A DNA stretch of 64,000 nucleotides. Origin: Acidobacteriota bacterium. GTDB taxonomy: Bacteria > Acidobacteriota > UBA890 > WLXD01. Position 1 is the stretch's first letter. Each line of letters opens with the position of its first letter. The notes under the pieces were generated by a model that searched no databases, was not told the DNA's origin, and worked only from the letters and a program-made list of their open reading frames with translations. The translations under genes and the position numbers were made by a program. The DNA lies in contig CAXWPH010000012.1 in NCBI GenBank assembly GCA_963666055.2, forward strand, positions 1 through 64,000. The letters run 5' to 3'. Of this stretch, positions 30,051 through 39,517 are shown piece after piece.

Positions 30051-31673
30051 CTATTGCCCCAGAAAAGCTCTCGCTTCGTCCAGCTCGGCGCGGGGGCTGT
30101 CCTGCGCTGTGAGCTGTAGCAGCTGCCGATAGTAACGTCGCGCGACCTCTGGCTGCCCGGCGGCCCGGGCCGCCTTGGCTGCTCCGTAGTTGCTGTTGAA
30201 GCGTTGGCCGGCGTGCTCGAGGGAGATCTCGTATTCGCGTAGAGCTTCCGTCGGACGGCCTAACTCCATCAGCAAGTCGGCGAGCTGCTCATGCACGGGT
30301 AGAACGCGGCCCGGGCTCAAGCTGCTCTTGTCGGTCTCGTCCTCCACATCGGCCGCCGCGCGCATGAGGCGCAACGCTGCCTGCCCATCGACTTTGGCCA
30401 GCGCCAGCCAAGCGTTGGCTTCGAGTCGCAGCACCTCGGCGGTATTGCGCGCCCACACGTTGACATCGCTACTCAACTCGGCGGCGATCTTCTCAACCCT
30501 CGCCAACGCCTGCTCGGCCGCATCGATCTGCCCGCTGCGAGCGGCGCCGACGGCACGGGCCCAGTAAATGAGGGCGACCAGTGTGCGGGTCTCGAAGTTG
30601 CCTCCCACCGCCTCGGCCTGTGAAGGTGGAGGAATGGATGCCGCCTCGTGCCAGCGGTGCCTCTCGAGAGCGTAGCGCGCCGGCACAGCCCCGGCGTTAA
30701 ATGCCACCACTCCGTTGCTCCAGTTCAGCCCCTCCTGTGCCGCGATGTGCTCGAGGATCTCGCGGGCCTTGTCGTTCTCCCCCCGTTGCAAGTAGGCATA
30801 GACTAGATAGTCGAGGGCGTGCATTTCCGACAGCTGCGCCTGGGCCAGGGCGCCGGTGCGTTGCCCACGATCGCGAGCCGCCTCGGCCGACAGCGTGTTG
30901 GCGTGGATCGACTCGGGCCACATCCCCTCCTGGGTAAAGATGTGGGCCGACATATGCAACGCGTGCGGAAGGGCGGAGGCGATCTCGAGATAGCGGTGAG
31001 CCGCCTCGACGGCGCGGTGGGCCAAGCTCGGGTAGTCGTAACTGTGAATGATGTAGTGGGCCAGCCCGGGATGGTTCGGCAGCCGGGCGAACAATGGCTC
31101 GAGCATCGCCCCCGTGCGTAGCTGTACGGCGTAGGTCTTGTCGGTCGGGTCGGCGTTGCTCAGGATGGCAAGTATATAGAAGATCTGCGCCTCTTGGTCG
31201 TCCGGATTGCCCTCGTATAAAACGGCCACCGCCGCTTCGTAGGAGCGTGCCCGGGTGCGATGATCGATCCTCTCGTAGTCGCGATAAAACGCCGCGATGG
31301 CTTCGACGTAGGCTCGCTCTCGTCCCGGCGCCGGCAGCGCCAGTGCCCTTTCCGCCGCGGCCCAACCGAGCTCCAGGTCGCGCTTTGTCGGCGGCGCCCA
31401 GAGCGGATGGTAGTAGGTGGTCGCCACACCCCAGTGAGCCATGGCGCAGTCGGGGTCGCGCTCGGCGATGCGCTCGAATACGCCTCGCGATTCCTCAAAC
31501 TCGAAGGAGTGCAGTAAGGCGATGGCACGGTTGAAGGCCCCTTGGACCTCGGCCGTGCACGACGTCGGGAAGCTCACCTCGCCGAGTCCTTCGATGAGCT
31601 GGCCACCGAGGCTCATCGTCGGCAGCGCCAGCGAGAGCCACAACAATGTCGAAACCGCGGCAAATCCGTTCAT
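30051..31673 (-). CDS. Secreted TPR-repeat protein
   Basis: Signal peptide, LGEVSFPTSC, LLHSF, DPDCAMAHWG, HPGLAHYIIH, HALHMSAHIF, and C-terminal TPRs. Confidence 0.85.
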   Translation of the reverse strand: MNGFAAVSTLLWLSLALPTMSLGGQLIEGLGEVSFPTSCTAEVQGAFNRAIALLHSFEFEESRGVFERIAERDPDCAMAHWGVATTYYHPLWAPPTKRDLELGWAAAERALALPAPGRERAYVEAIAAFYRDYERIDHRTRARSYEAAVAVLYEGNPDDQEAQIFYILAILSNADPTDKTYAVQLRTGAMLEPLFARLPNHPGLAHYIIHSYDYPSLAHRAVEAAHRYLEIASALPHALHMSAHIFTQEGMWPESIHANTLSAEAARDRGQRTGALAQAQLSEMHALDYLVYAYLQRGENDKAREILEHIAAQEGLNWSNGVVAFNAGAVPARYALERHRWHEAASIPPPSQAEAVGGNFETRTLVALIYWARAVGAARSGQIDAAEQALARVEKIAAELSSDVNVWARNTAEVLRLEANAWLALAKVDGQAALRLMRAAADVEDETDKSSLSPGRVLPVHEQLADLLMELGRPTEALREYEISLEHAGQRFNSNYGAAKAARAAGQPEVARRYYRQLLQLTAQDSPRAELDEARAFLGQ

Positions 31674-31836
31674 TCGTGAGATCTTCCCTTCCTTGGGAGC
31701 CTGGCCAAAGCGCCGCCAACGTGAAGTTTCGGCTCGGGTTCTGAGCCTTGGTCAGCCCGCCTCCAAACCAAGCGCCCATCGGATACCAATATCTTAAGGG
31801 GATCCATCTTCTTATCCGCCTCGCTCGACTTGATGG

Positions 31837-31884
31837 GTGGGTGAGCGCCTGAAGCCTATCGCCAGTGCGCACCAGATCCAACGG
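31837..31884 (-). promoter_or_regulatory. Repeated promoter cassette, copy B (upstream of the TPR gene)
   Basis: TTGGAT (31876-31881) - 17 bp - TAGGCT (31853-31858). The spacer has diverged while the hexamers are kept. Confidence 0.7.
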
Positions 31885-32029
31885 TGTCTTCACGTCGAGT
31901 AGCGTCGGCTTCCACGGGATCCGCCGCTGACCCCTGTGGCATGAGCGACGCAACGCCTGTCCGCCACTGGCTGTGTTCGCGAGCCCGGCACGGCGAAGCT
32001 GCGATTCATGAGCTTGTAGGCAGCCGACA

Positions 32030-33763
32030 ATGCGACATAACCTTGCGGCGCATGAGCAGCGCAGCGCGACTCTCATCGGGACACGTCGGCAAGCACGGGG
32101 CACGAATGTGACGCGCTCGGTGCCTCTAGAGCAATCGGAAGAGGGACGCGCCTTCCTTCAGCGTCGTGTGGCGTTGGCCGGCCTGTTCGGTGGTGTCGTC
32201 GGCCTTGCGTTCCTGATGCTTCGCACCGGCGAGGCGCTGCTTCACCAGCACCTGCAGGAATTCAGCTCGCCGGACTACTGGCTTCACATCGGCGGCACGC
32301 TGAGTATGGCGTCGGTGTGGCTGATCTGCGCCACCGGCCGTCGTGCGGTTCAGGTAGTGCGGGCGGCCGAGACCATCGGCCTCCTTGCGGCGTGCATCTT
32401 CTATTCGGCGATGGCTTCGTACCTTCCAGAGTGGCAGATGCCACACTACATCGTCTTGCTGGCGCTGCAGGTGACCTTCGTGGCACGAGCGATCTACGTA
32501 CCGAGCACAGCTCTCCGCACGTTCTCGCTCACGATCGCCGCTGGTGTTCCGATCCTCGCCGCCACCTACTGGACGTACGTCGATATCGACGTCGACGATT
32601 GGCGTCACTTCGAGGGAATCGCCCGGGATGCGACCGCATCGATGCTGGCGCTCGGCGCCACGGCGTCGGCTGCTCTCTGGTGGGCAGCAACCGTGGCGAT
32701 GTGCGCCGGAGCATCGAGGGTGATCTACGGCCTGCGCAGGCAAGTGCGCGACGTGCGCAAGCTGGGGCAGTACGAGCTGGTACAGAAGCTCGGCGAAGGA
32801 GGCATGGGTGTGGTGTACAGGGCCGAGCACGCGATGCTGCGCCGACCGACAGCGGTCAAGCTGTTGCCACCCGACAAGGCCGGAGAGCCCACCCTTGCGC
32901 GCTTCGAGAAGGAAGTGCAGCAGACCGCTCGCCTTACCCACCCGAATACGGTGACGGTGTTCGACTACGGGCGTACCCCTGAGGGGGTCTTCTACTACGC
33001 GATGGAGTATCTCGAGGGTGCAACGCTGAGCGAGATCGTCGAGATGGACGGACCTCAGCCAGCGGCCCGCGTGGCCCACGTACTGGAGCAGGCCGCGTGC
33101 GCTCTTGCTGAGGCCCACGGTGTGGGGCTGATCCACCGCGACATCAAGCCGGCCAATATCATGCTGGTGAAGCAGGGCGGCGAGCTCGACGTCACCAAGA
33201 TCCTTGACTTCGGGCTGGTCAAGGAGCTGAGCCCCCAGGGCGACCTGGCGCTGACCCAGGCAGATACGATCACCGGAACGCCGCACTATCTGTCGCCCGA
33301 GGGTATCAACCAACGGGTCGAAGTCGACGCACGGAGCGACCTATATGCTCTGGGCGCCGTGGGTTACTTCCTGATCACTGGCAGCCACGTGTTCCCCGGC
33401 AGCACCATCGTCGAGGTACTCGCCATGCATTTGCATACCGAGCCGGAGTCACCATCGAAACGGCTCGATCGGCAGCTGCCCAGAGACCTCGAGGCTCTGA
33501 TTCTGCAATGTCTGTCCAAGGCCCCTGGCCAACGACCACGCTCCGCGTTGGAATTCGTGCGCGGTCTGCGCGCTTGTCGCGATTTCGACCGGTGGACGCC
33601 GGAGGACGCCGATCAGTGGTGGGAACGGTGTGGCGGCGTTCTTGCCGAGCGACACGCAAGCGAGGCGGACACCGTGACCGGTAGGACACTGGCCATCGAT
33701 CTTGCGCACCGCGAGGGCCTGAAAGCCGTGGCGGAATTGCCCGCAAGTCGTCGATTCGATTAG
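32030..33763 (+). CDS. Hanks-type Ser/Thr protein kinase with N-terminal multi-TM domain
   Basis: About 6 TM segments, then LGEGGMGVVY, AVKLL, HRDIKPAN, DFGLVK, GTPHYLSPE, SDLYALG. The start may be GTG at ~32108. Confidence 0.93.
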   Translation: MRHNLAAHEQRSATLIGTRRQARGTNVTRSVPLEQSEEGRAFLQRRVALAGLFGGVVGLAFLMLRTGEALLHQHLQEFSSPDYWLHIGGTLSMASVWLICATGRRAVQVVRAAETIGLLAACIFYSAMASYLPEWQMPHYIVLLALQVTFVARAIYVPSTALRTFSLTIAAGVPILAATYWTYVDIDVDDWRHFEGIARDATASMLALGATASAALWWAATVAMCAGASRVIYGLRRQVRDVRKLGQYELVQKLGEGGMGVVYRAEHAMLRRPTAVKLLPPDKAGEPTLARFEKEVQQTARLTHPNTVTVFDYGRTPEGVFYYAMEYLEGATLSEIVEMDGPQPAARVAHVLEQAACALAEAHGVGLIHRDIKPANIMLVKQGGELDVTKILDFGLVKELSPQGDLALTQADTITGTPHYLSPEGINQRVEVDARSDLYALGAVGYFLITGSHVFPGSTIVEVLAMHLHTEPESPSKRLDRQLPRDLEALILQCLSKAPGQRPRSALEFVRGLRACRDFDRWTPEDADQWWERCGGVLAERHASEADTVTGRTLAIDLAHREGLKAVAELPASRRFD

Positions 33764-33897
33764 GGTGCTCCGACGACTCGGCGGAAGCTTGTCTCGCGCG
33801 GCGCGGGTCTCGTCCTGCTCGGATCAGATCTGTGGGGGAGGGCCCAACGACCACAGCGTCGTCGCCATGCCCTCACTCCAGACCGAACGCCAACAGC

Positions 33898-33980
33898 ACG
33901 GGTGCCGGGTTCCATGGCGCTCCCGAGGCAGGGTGGGTGAGCGCCTGCAGACTATCGCCGGAGTCGGCGAGATCCAACGG
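33898..33980 (-). promoter_or_regulatory. Repeated promoter cassette, copy A, with MEPGT kinase start stub
   Basis: TTGGAT (33972-33977) - 17 bp - TAGTCT (33949-33954). ATG at 33915 encodes MEPGT, then the sequence diverges. Confidence 0.7.
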
Positions 33981-34175
33981 AGGCACCGGTCAGGAGCCTC
34001 CCCAGCGTCAACGGGCCTGACCCCCGATCCGGGAAGGGCGGGAGTGTCCTATATATAGGGAGACGCTGTACCCGACGCCAAGTACGTCGATTCCATAAGT
34101 TACTCGCCGACCCCCAGACCGACCCCCACAACGGCAGGCTCCAGAGCGACTGGCTGTAAGTTATTGAATCTAAAG

Positions 34176-34247
34176 AGCCGGCGCGCGGATTCGAACCGCG
34201 GACCTGCTGATTACGAATCAGCTGCTCTCCCACTGAGCTACGCCGGC
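34176..34247 (-). tRNA. tRNA-Thr(CGT)
   Basis: GCCGGCG acceptor stem, TAGCTCAGTGGGAGAGC D-arm, GCTGA-TTCGTAA-TCAGC anticodon arm, GGTTCGAATCC T-arm. CCA is not encoded. Confidence 0.96.
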
Positions 34248-34259
34248 TGGCCGAAGTGG

Positions 34260-34288
34260 AGTCTACCGACGCGGAAAAGGGGTCGCAA
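34260..34288 (-). promoter_or_regulatory. Putative sigma70 promoter of tRNA-Thr
   Basis: TTGCGA - 17 bp - TAGACT, 12 bp upstream of the tRNA. Confidence 0.6.
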
Positions 34289-34460
34289 ACCGTCTTGGTG
34301 CCAGACTGCCGACGCGGACTGGATCGGCCTTTTGCCTCCTCGGCGACACAAGTCGACCGTGGTACACTCGCCGCCGGTGGGACGAAAGCGGAGCGAGGGG
34401 GTCTCGGCTGGCGCATCGTCTGGGGCGCCCGCCATCGGGTGGAACAACGACTGGAGGTAG

Positions 34461-37379
34461 GTGCCCGTGTGGCGTCTATCGAAGCTCGATATCTGCGGCT
34501 TCAAATCGTTCGCCGACGCATCTGAGCTCGTGTTTCCCGAGGGGATTACGGCGGTTGTCGGTCCCAACGGGTGCGGCAAGAGCAACATCTCCGACGCCAT
34601 AATGTGGGCACTGGGGGAGCAGAGCACGAGTCTGCTGCGGGCGCAGCGCATGAAGGACGTGATCTTCCAGGGTAGTGCGGACCGCAAACCAACTAGCACC
34701 GCCGAGGTAACCCTGCATCTGACGCCGCGCCCGAAGCCTGAGGTTGACCTATTCACGGTCAGCGCCGAGGGTGATGCAAACGGTCGCCGGGCGGCTACGA
34801 ACGGGGGCGCTGGTGGGGGGACATCCCGCACCGGCAGCAGCGAAGATCTCGAGGATGAGTTGGTGATCGCCCGCCGGCTGTTCCGCTCCGGCGACAGCGA
34901 GTACCTGCTGAACGGCAAGAAGTGCCTGCTACGGGACGTTCGTGAGCGGCTGCTGGGAACCGGCCTCGGTTCGCGCGCCTGCTACACGATTGGCCAGGGG
35001 CGCATCGATCAGATTCTCTCGGCGAGCCCAATGGAGCGCCGCGCCCCCATCGAGGAGGCGGCCGGGATTTCGCTGTATCGCCGGCACCGGCATGGCACCA
35101 ACCTGAAGCTCGAGGCGACGGCCCAAGATCTGGCGCGCCTCGACGACATCTGCCAGGAGGTTGCCCGGCAGATGCGGAGCCTCAAGCGGCAGGCGGGGCG
35201 GGCGCGTCGCTACCGTGAGCTGCGCGAACGACTGCGTGATCTGGAACGAAGGTGGTTCAGCATGCGGTTGATTGCGGCCCAGAGCGGGGCGCGAAGCGCC
35301 GCTGCGGCGGTAGAGGCGGCCAGCCTGGGGGAGCAGGTCGCCCGCGACCAGCTCGAGAGCGCGACACGAGCGTGGGAGCGCGCTCGTCAGGCTGGACGCG
35401 AGCAGAGGCAGGAGCGTGAGCAATGCCGGCAGAAGCTCTACCACGCCCAGGTGGAGCACGAACGGGCCAGGTCGGAGGCATCGCGGCAACGTGATCGCGC
35501 CGCGTTCGTCCTGGAGCGCCAGGAGGAGCTGCAGCGCAAGCTACAAGCTCTGCAAACCGCCCGTGAGGAAGCCCGCTCGATCGCCGACGCGAGACGCATT
35601 GCATCCAACGAGGGGGATCAAGCGGCGCGGTCGGCGGAGCGTCTGCTAGAAGAAGCGCGCCAGCGCCTGGACCCGATCACGCATCTTGACGCCAGGGCGG
35701 CGGGCGACAACGTTTTGCAGCTGAGCACGCTGGCGGCCAGTATCCAGGTGGAGCCGGAGCTTCGTGGTGCGGTCGCCCTAGCGCTGGGCGACAGCCTGAG
35801 GTTGCCGATGCTGTCGGCGAAGCAGATCGATGTTTGGTTGAAGGCCGCCGAGGCGCGCCGCGGGGTGTCGGCCGGGCTGCGCCCTCCCGGTACAGCGAGG
35901 TCCGTGAACGGAGCGCCTGAGCCGGATCTCGAGCCCCTGGGCGCGGCAGCGCGTGGGCGGGACACCGCCGCGCAGACGGTTCTTGAGGACCTCATGGCCG
36001 ATACCTGGCTGGTGGCTACGCCAGATGATGCGCTGCGCCTGGCGGCCGAGAATCCGGCGCACGGCTTTGTGGATACCCACGGCCAGGTCTGGGCCCGGGG
36101 CGCGGAGATCCGATACCGCAACGAGTCGGTCGACCGCATCGCCGAGGGAGCGAGCGCCGGAGTCCGCGTCGAGCTCCCTGCCACCGCGACGGAAGCGGTG
36201 CCCTCGGCACCAGTGGAGGCCCTGCGCCTGCAGGTAGATCGAGCGGAGACATCGCTCGGGGCGGCGCGTGCACAGGCTGCCGCTGGGGCCCGCGAGCTCC
36301 AAGTAGCGGAAGCGGGCGTGCGGCGACAGGACACCGAGATTACCCGCTCATACGCCGATGCCAAGGCGCTGGTAGCGAGCGGCGCCGCTGCCGAAGCGAG
36401 CGCTGGAGCCGCCGACCAGCGGGCCCAAGAGTGCAGCAAGCGGTGCGCTGAGCTCGAGGCAGGACTGCGGGAAGATGATGGCAGCGACCTGACCGAGGAG
36501 TTCGAGCTGGCGGCGTTGGAGTGTGCCGTTGGAGCGCACCGCAGCGCACTCGAGCGTGCCCAATCACGTTGCTCGGCCCATGAGGTGCATGCCGCCGAGG
36601 TGCGTATCGAGCGCCAGCACCTGCACGAGCAGATTCGTGAACGATTGGATACGGACGCGGCGCAGTTGCTGGCCTCGGTCTGCACCGAGACCCACGAGGA
36701 TGATCGATCGGACGCCGCCACGGAGGCACCCAACGAACCCGCCTTGGATGAGGAGATCGGGCAGGTTCGCGCCGCGATCGATCGGCTGGGCCCGGTGAAC
36801 CTGGTGGCCTACCAGGACTACGAGTCGCAGAAGGATCGTTTCGAGGAGCTCAACAGCCAGCGAGCCGACCTCCACGGGGCGACCACGAACCTGCGCGAGG
36901 CCATAAAGAAGATCGACGCGGAGTGCGTCGGGCGGTTCGCCGAGGCGTTCGAGGCCATCGACGGCTACTTCAACCGCATCTTCCGGCAACTGTTCGGCGG
37001 CGGCCGCGCCGGAATGCGACTCGAGTGCCCAGACGATCCGCTCAATAGTGGCATCGAGATCACGGCGCAACCGCCCGGCAAGACGCTCCAGAGCATCCGC
37101 CTGATGTCGGGTGGGGAGCGCTCGATGATCGCCCTGGCGTTGATGTTCGCGATCTTCGAATACCATCCGGCGCCGTTCTGCATTCTCGACGAGGCCGACG
37201 CGGCGCTCGACGAAACCAACGTGGCGCGTTTCATCCGCACCTTGCACCACTTCCAGGACCGGGCGCAGTTCATCATGATCACCCATAACAAGCTCAGCAT
37301 GGAGATCGCCGACCTGCTGTACGGCGTGACTATGGAAGAGAGCGGCGTCTCCAAGCTGGTGTCGGTTCGTTTGAACTGA
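34461..37379 (+). CDS. smc: Chromosome segregation protein SMC (short, 972 aa)
   Basis: GFKSF, GPNGCGKSN, IGQG, GPVNL, MSGGE, PAPFCILDEADAALD, ITH. Confidence 0.92.
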   Translation: MPVWRLSKLDICGFKSFADASELVFPEGITAVVGPNGCGKSNISDAIMWALGEQSTSLLRAQRMKDVIFQGSADRKPTSTAEVTLHLTPRPKPEVDLFTVSAEGDANGRRAATNGGAGGGTSRTGSSEDLEDELVIARRLFRSGDSEYLLNGKKCLLRDVRERLLGTGLGSRACYTIGQGRIDQILSASPMERRAPIEEAAGISLYRRHRHGTNLKLEATAQDLARLDDICQEVARQMRSLKRQAGRARRYRELRERLRDLERRWFSMRLIAAQSGARSAAAAVEAASLGEQVARDQLESATRAWERARQAGREQRQEREQCRQKLYHAQVEHERARSEASRQRDRAAFVLERQEELQRKLQALQTAREEARSIADARRIASNEGDQAARSAERLLEEARQRLDPITHLDARAAGDNVLQLSTLAASIQVEPELRGAVALALGDSLRLPMLSAKQIDVWLKAAEARRGVSAGLRPPGTARSVNGAPEPDLEPLGAAARGRDTAAQTVLEDLMADTWLVATPDDALRLAAENPAHGFVDTHGQVWARGAEIRYRNESVDRIAEGASAGVRVELPATATEAVPSAPVEALRLQVDRAETSLGAARAQAAAGARELQVAEAGVRRQDTEITRSYADAKALVASGAAAEASAGAADQRAQECSKRCAELEAGLREDDGSDLTEEFELAALECAVGAHRSALERAQSRCSAHEVHAAEVRIERQHLHEQIRERLDTDAAQLLASVCTETHEDDRSDAATEAPNEPALDEEIGQVRAAIDRLGPVNLVAYQDYESQKDRFEELNSQRADLHGATTNLREAIKKIDAECVGRFAEAFEAIDGYFNRIFRQLFGGGRAGMRLECPDDPLNSGIEITAQPPGKTLQSIRLMSGGERSMIALALMFAIFEYHPAPFCILDEADAALDETNVARFIRTLHHFQDRAQFIMITHNKLSMEIADLLYGVTMEESGVSKLVSVRLN

Positions 37380-37435
37380 GGCTTCGCTGCAACCTCGGCA
37401 CTCCCGTGTCGCCCGGAGGCCGCTGAGCGCGGCGC

Positions 37436-39517
37436 ATGCAGCTAGCGGACGGTGTCCAGTCAGTCCCCGGGGTCGGTCCGCGTCGCACCGAACAGCTGCG
37501 CCGCGCCGGGGTGCTGACCGTGGGCGACCTGCTGACGTTTCTCCCGCGACGCTACGAGGACCGTTCGCGCCTCGTTCCGGTTTCCGATCTCGTCGTCGGT
37601 GAAGCGGCCTGCGTCGATGTCGTGGTGCGCTCATCGCGGCGCGTCGGGGGTGGCGGGAGGCGCGCGCGCGCCGAGCTGCGTGCCACCGACGCCAGCGGTT
37701 CGATCCATGCGGTCTGGTTCAATCAGGCGTACGTGGCCGATGCTCTGCCGACCGGCAGCCGCGTCCGCCTATATGGCCGCGCGCAACTACACGACCGTGG
37801 GTTGCAGATGGTGAACCCGGTACATGAGTTGATCGAGGACGGTAACCCGCAGTCCCCTCATATCGGACGCCACGTTCCGGTATACCCCAGGGCGGGCGGC
37901 CTCGGCTCGGGCCCCATGCGTCGCCTGCTGGTGGCGGCGCTCGACGACCTAGATGAGCTCTTGGATCCGCTGCCGGAGTTCTTGGTCGGTCCGGGCAAAC
38001 TGCTCGATCTGCGCACCGCGCTGCGACACGTCCACTACCCACCAGCCGACGCCGACCTGGAGATATGGAACGCCCGCCGCTCGCCGGCTCACCGCCGCCT
38101 CATCATGCAGGAATTCATCGACTACCAGGCGGCACTCATGCTGCAGCGCCGACGTGCTGCACGCGAGCCCGGCATCGAGCGCCGGCTCGACGACAATGGC
38201 CGACGACGTATCGAGGCGACATTGCCGTTTCGGATGACCGCAGCACAGCAGCGCTGCACGAGCCAGATCATGGCCGACCTCTGTGCTCCAAGCTCGATGC
38301 ACCGGCTGCTGCAGGGCGATGTGGGTTGCGGCAAGACGGCTGTAGCGGCGTGCGCCATGTTCGCTGTGGCGTTGCATGACGAGCAGGCGGCACTGCTGGT
38401 GCCGAGCGCCATCGTCGCCGACCAACACGCGCGGAACCTGCAGGCTTGGGGCACCAGTCTCGGCATCGAGGTCGCGTCACTGACCGCGGCCACGGATGGT
38501 GCCCGCCGCCGCGAGGTTCTCGCAGCCCTCGAGGACGGGCGCTGCAAAGTCGTTGTCGGCACCCAGGCTTTGCTGCAGCCGCGGGTGCGATTCAAGCGGA
38601 TCGGCCTCGTGGTGGTCGACGAACAGCACCGGTTCGGTGTTGCTCAGCGAGCCTTGCTAGGGGCGAAAGGACGTCAACAACACGCCCAGCCCGACCTGCT
38701 GGTGATGACCGCCACGCCCATTCCCCGGAGCCTGGCGCTGTGCTTGTACGGCGATCTCGAGGTGAGCCATGTCGACGAGCTACCGCCGGGGCGCACCGAG
38801 GTGACGACGCGGTGGATCCGCGAAGCCGAGCCCGGTGCGGTGGATCGCGAACTTCGACGAGTTGCCAGAGCCGGAGAACGCGCCTTCGTGGTGGTGCCAC
38901 GCATCGACGAAGCCGAGACCGGCGGCATCTCGGCCGTCGAGTTGGCTCGGCAGCTCCAGGAGCGGATTCCAGATGTCGGCGTCGGCCTGGTGCATGGTGA
39001 TCTGGACGGAGAGGGTAAGGCGCGTGCTATGCGCCAGTTTGTCACCGGGGATACCCCAGTGCTGGTCGCAACGACGGTTATCGAGGTTGGCGTCGATGTA
39101 CCGGAGGCCACGCTGATGGTGATCGAAGACGCTGAACGCTTCGGTCTGGCGCAACTGCATCAACTCCGGGGTCGCGTGGGCCGGGGGGCGCTCCCCGGCC
39201 GCTGCTGGCTGATCTCGCGCGGCCCTCTGAGCGAGATCGCGACGCAGCGCTTGCGTACGCTGTGCGATACGCACGACGGGTTCCGTATCGCCGAGGAAGA
39301 CCTGCGGCTGCGTGGCCCCGGCGAGGTGCTCGGAACACGCCAGGCCGGCCCCGTGGAGCTGAGGATGGGGGACCCCTATGCGCATGCGGATTGGGTCGAA
39401 GAAGCTCGGGGCATCGCTCGGACATTGGTCGAGAGCGATGACGCGGCCGCGACTCGCTATCGCGAGCAGCTACGAAGCGCCTGGCGTACACGCATGCGGC
39501 TGGCTCGGGCGGGTTGA
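37436..39517 (+). CDS. recG: ATP-dependent DNA helicase RecG
   Basis: LLQGDVGCGKT, DEQHRFG, MTATPIPR, AERFGLAQLHQLRGRVGR, DLRLRGPGE. Confidence 0.96.
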   Translation: MQLADGVQSVPGVGPRRTEQLRRAGVLTVGDLLTFLPRRYEDRSRLVPVSDLVVGEAACVDVVVRSSRRVGGGGRRARAELRATDASGSIHAVWFNQAYVADALPTGSRVRLYGRAQLHDRGLQMVNPVHELIEDGNPQSPHIGRHVPVYPRAGGLGSGPMRRLLVAALDDLDELLDPLPEFLVGPGKLLDLRTALRHVHYPPADADLEIWNARRSPAHRRLIMQEFIDYQAALMLQRRRAAREPGIERRLDDNGRRRIEATLPFRMTAAQQRCTSQIMADLCAPSSMHRLLQGDVGCGKTAVAACAMFAVALHDEQAALLVPSAIVADQHARNLQAWGTSLGIEVASLTAATDGARRREVLAALEDGRCKVVVGTQALLQPRVRFKRIGLVVVDEQHRFGVAQRALLGAKGRQQHAQPDLLVMTATPIPRSLALCLYGDLEVSHVDELPPGRTEVTTRWIREAEPGAVDRELRRVARAGERAFVVVPRIDEAETGGISAVELARQLQERIPDVGVGLVHGDLDGEGKARAMRQFVTGDTPVLVATTVIEVGVDVPEATLMVIEDAERFGLAQLHQLRGRVGRGALPGRCWLISRGPLSEIATQRLRTLCDTHDGFRIAEEDLRLRGPGEVLGTRQAGPVELRMGDPYAHADWVEEARGIARTLVESDDAAATRYREQLRSAWRTRMRLARAG

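Larger units (their letters stand above)
3352..34175. mobile_element. Decayed tRNA-Thr-associated genomic island / accretion zone (no integrase seen)
   Basis: Bounded by the tRNA-Thr and a tRNA 3' fragment. Contains paralog duplications, gene stubs and accessory catabolic genes, in contrast to the intact housekeeping block to the right. The accessory zone probably extends left of the window. Confidence 0.6.

Noticed and set aside
29097-33980. CRISPR array or integron attC sites
   Set aside because: The repeats are kb apart with gene-sized intervals, not palindromic in the attC manner (no RYYYAAC...GTTRRRY). No cas or intI gene is present in the window.
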